DNA of 64,000 nucleotides from Marsupella aquatica (Eukaryota > Plantae > Marchantiophyta): NCBI GenBank assembly GCA_973895155.1, contig OZ316892.1:26249233-26313232 (forward strand), in the 5' to 3' direction. Under the pieces are notes generated by a model. It worked only from the letters and a program-made list of their open reading frames with translations. It made no database searches and was not told where the DNA came from. Each line of letters begins with the position of its first letter. The stretch's first letter is position 1. Position numbers and translations under genes: made by a program. This document shows, in pieces, positions 62,301-64,000 of this stretch.

Positions 62301-64000
62301 TAATTATTTTCTTTATGTTTGTATGCAATTTTTCTCTCTTTTTAAGATTCCCATACTTGATGCCAGATTCACTTCATGAATTCATGAAAAAGAATCTTGG
62401 ATCAAGATTAAAGAATCTTGAAAACAGGGTTCATGAATTCATGAAGCTTTTGGATGCACAAGCTTCATGAATACACTAAGCTAAGGTTTTTAAAAGGCGA
62501 AGGGCAAAGTTGGTTAACAACAATCCATGATGGAAGATGAGTGAGCTCAGGAGTGAGCTATGATAGGCACATTGCAATGGGCGAGTTGCGACCAGCTGCA
62601 ATGGACAAAATGACAACATGTAACCCGTAAAGGGTACAAGATAGGCAATTAGCGATTAAACATAGGTTGCCAAGGGCAATTGAGTGTTGATTTGTGATGG
62701 GTAAAGGCTTCTGATCTCTGATGTTGTTAGTGACTTTGTTCATAAAGAGTATATTTTCTTGTAACATTTAATTTGTTGGTGATCTTTGAGCCCAAACTCC
62801 AATGTTGAGACTTATATTGAGGAGTTAAATTTGGAAATATTAATTATGAAAAAACTTGTGTCTAAAGCATTGTGTTAATTATGGTGTGAAAATCCAAGGT
62901 CAGGAAATATTAAATATATGATGATTTTTTGTGTTGTTTTTTATGACATTTTGGAAAATCAGAAAATTTTGAAAAAGAGAATTAAGGCCTTGGACCCATC
63001 CTTTAAGGCTTCTTGTTATTATATAAGAACACGATTAAGACTATAAACACAACCCAAATTGCCCTTATAGTACCTTTATAAATGTGGTATAGACAAAAGT
63101 TAACCATCATGACTTTCTTGGCAAGAGATTATGGACGAGCAAGGACTTCCAAAAGTGATTACACTTGGGTAACCTTGCTTCCTTACCAAATTCATTGGAA
63201 GTACATTACCCTTGAGGGCGGTGAGCCCTAGGGGTGTAGAGCTTATTATCCCCAAGTGGGAATGAGTTATCACGCATAAGCCCCAAATAAAATTTTGAAA
63301 CATTCATCTCCTTTTATAGTGCAAACTTGCCATCTACAACTATTTGCCACTTGCGGCTAACCTGTATTCAGAATTTACAGTTTCTGTGTCAGAAAAAATG
63401 GATTTAGTTTAGGTGAACCATGTATCTATCTGTGTCGACTACTTATGCATTGGATGATCATGATGGGCTTGTCGTTATGAATGTTGTTTTTACTCAGCAT
63501 CAATTAACACTTTTCTTTGTCGCAAAAAATCCAAATGCTTGGGTGAACAACAAACCTGATCTATCTACATTACCAGGGTCATGTGAGTGGGCATCTAAAT
63601 GTTAACTTTCTACTCCTCTATTTATTTTTAAATAAAACAAATAATAGATGCTTTTCTCACACCTATGAGCTTGAATGGGATTGAGGGTCTCAAATCCGTC
63701 ACTTGGATACTTAAAGCCAACTTGCATGTGAGCGGACTTACCTTTTCTGACCCTCAACCTGATGCATGGCAACATGTAAGTGAGTGAGAGATGGAGGCCT
63801 GTTGGGACAGGATGTGGACTTCCAAGGCAAAGACCAAAAACTTTCCAGCCCTTTAAGGTTCAGACCTTTGATTCTCAATAGGACAAAAACAAAGCAATCC
63901 CATTTCATTGCAGGACAATAGACACCTCTATCAAACATGATCTACTTTTTGCCAATCATTTCACAAGTGTTGAGGGCTGGTAATCTAAGGGCTAACACAT

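Noticed and set aside
59400-64000. Degenerate TE relics, including TTCATGAATTCATGAA palindromes near 61897, 62373 and 62430
   Set aside because: AT-rich and TE-like, but I could not assign termini, a TSD or a protein domain.

Overview
Nuclear DNA of a non-seed land plant (bryophyte-like; inferred from gene content and the two-cysteine LLP, not proven). It contains four spliceosomal-intron protein genes: CTF7/ECO1 cohesin acetyltransferase (+), LOV/LOV protein LLP/PLP (-), a plastid-type SAM methyltransferase similar to At2g41040 (+) and the four-CRM-domain chloroplast splicing factor CFM2 (-). There is also a U2 snRNA gene (-) and many local tandem and inverted repeats. The standout is a 9.77-kb degenerate Ty3/Gypsy retrotransposon (27160-36924, - strand) nested in the TIR of a foldback Mutator-like element. 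(i) Its polyprotein carries a DNMT3-like C5 cytosine methyltransferase between protease and RT, and a PHD finger after integrase. (ii) Its LTRs are split or circularly permuted (B-internal-A-GC-B-A), as if a 2-LTR circle had been integrated through an internal palindromic CA-GC-TG site with a 4-bp TSD. (iii) It has a self-complementary, tRNA-independent primer site. (iv) Its leader holds a CRISPR-like array of seven 25-bp palindromic repeats with 42-47-bp variable spacers, and an eighth copy lies inside the coding sequence. All exon boundaries and alignments were read by eye.
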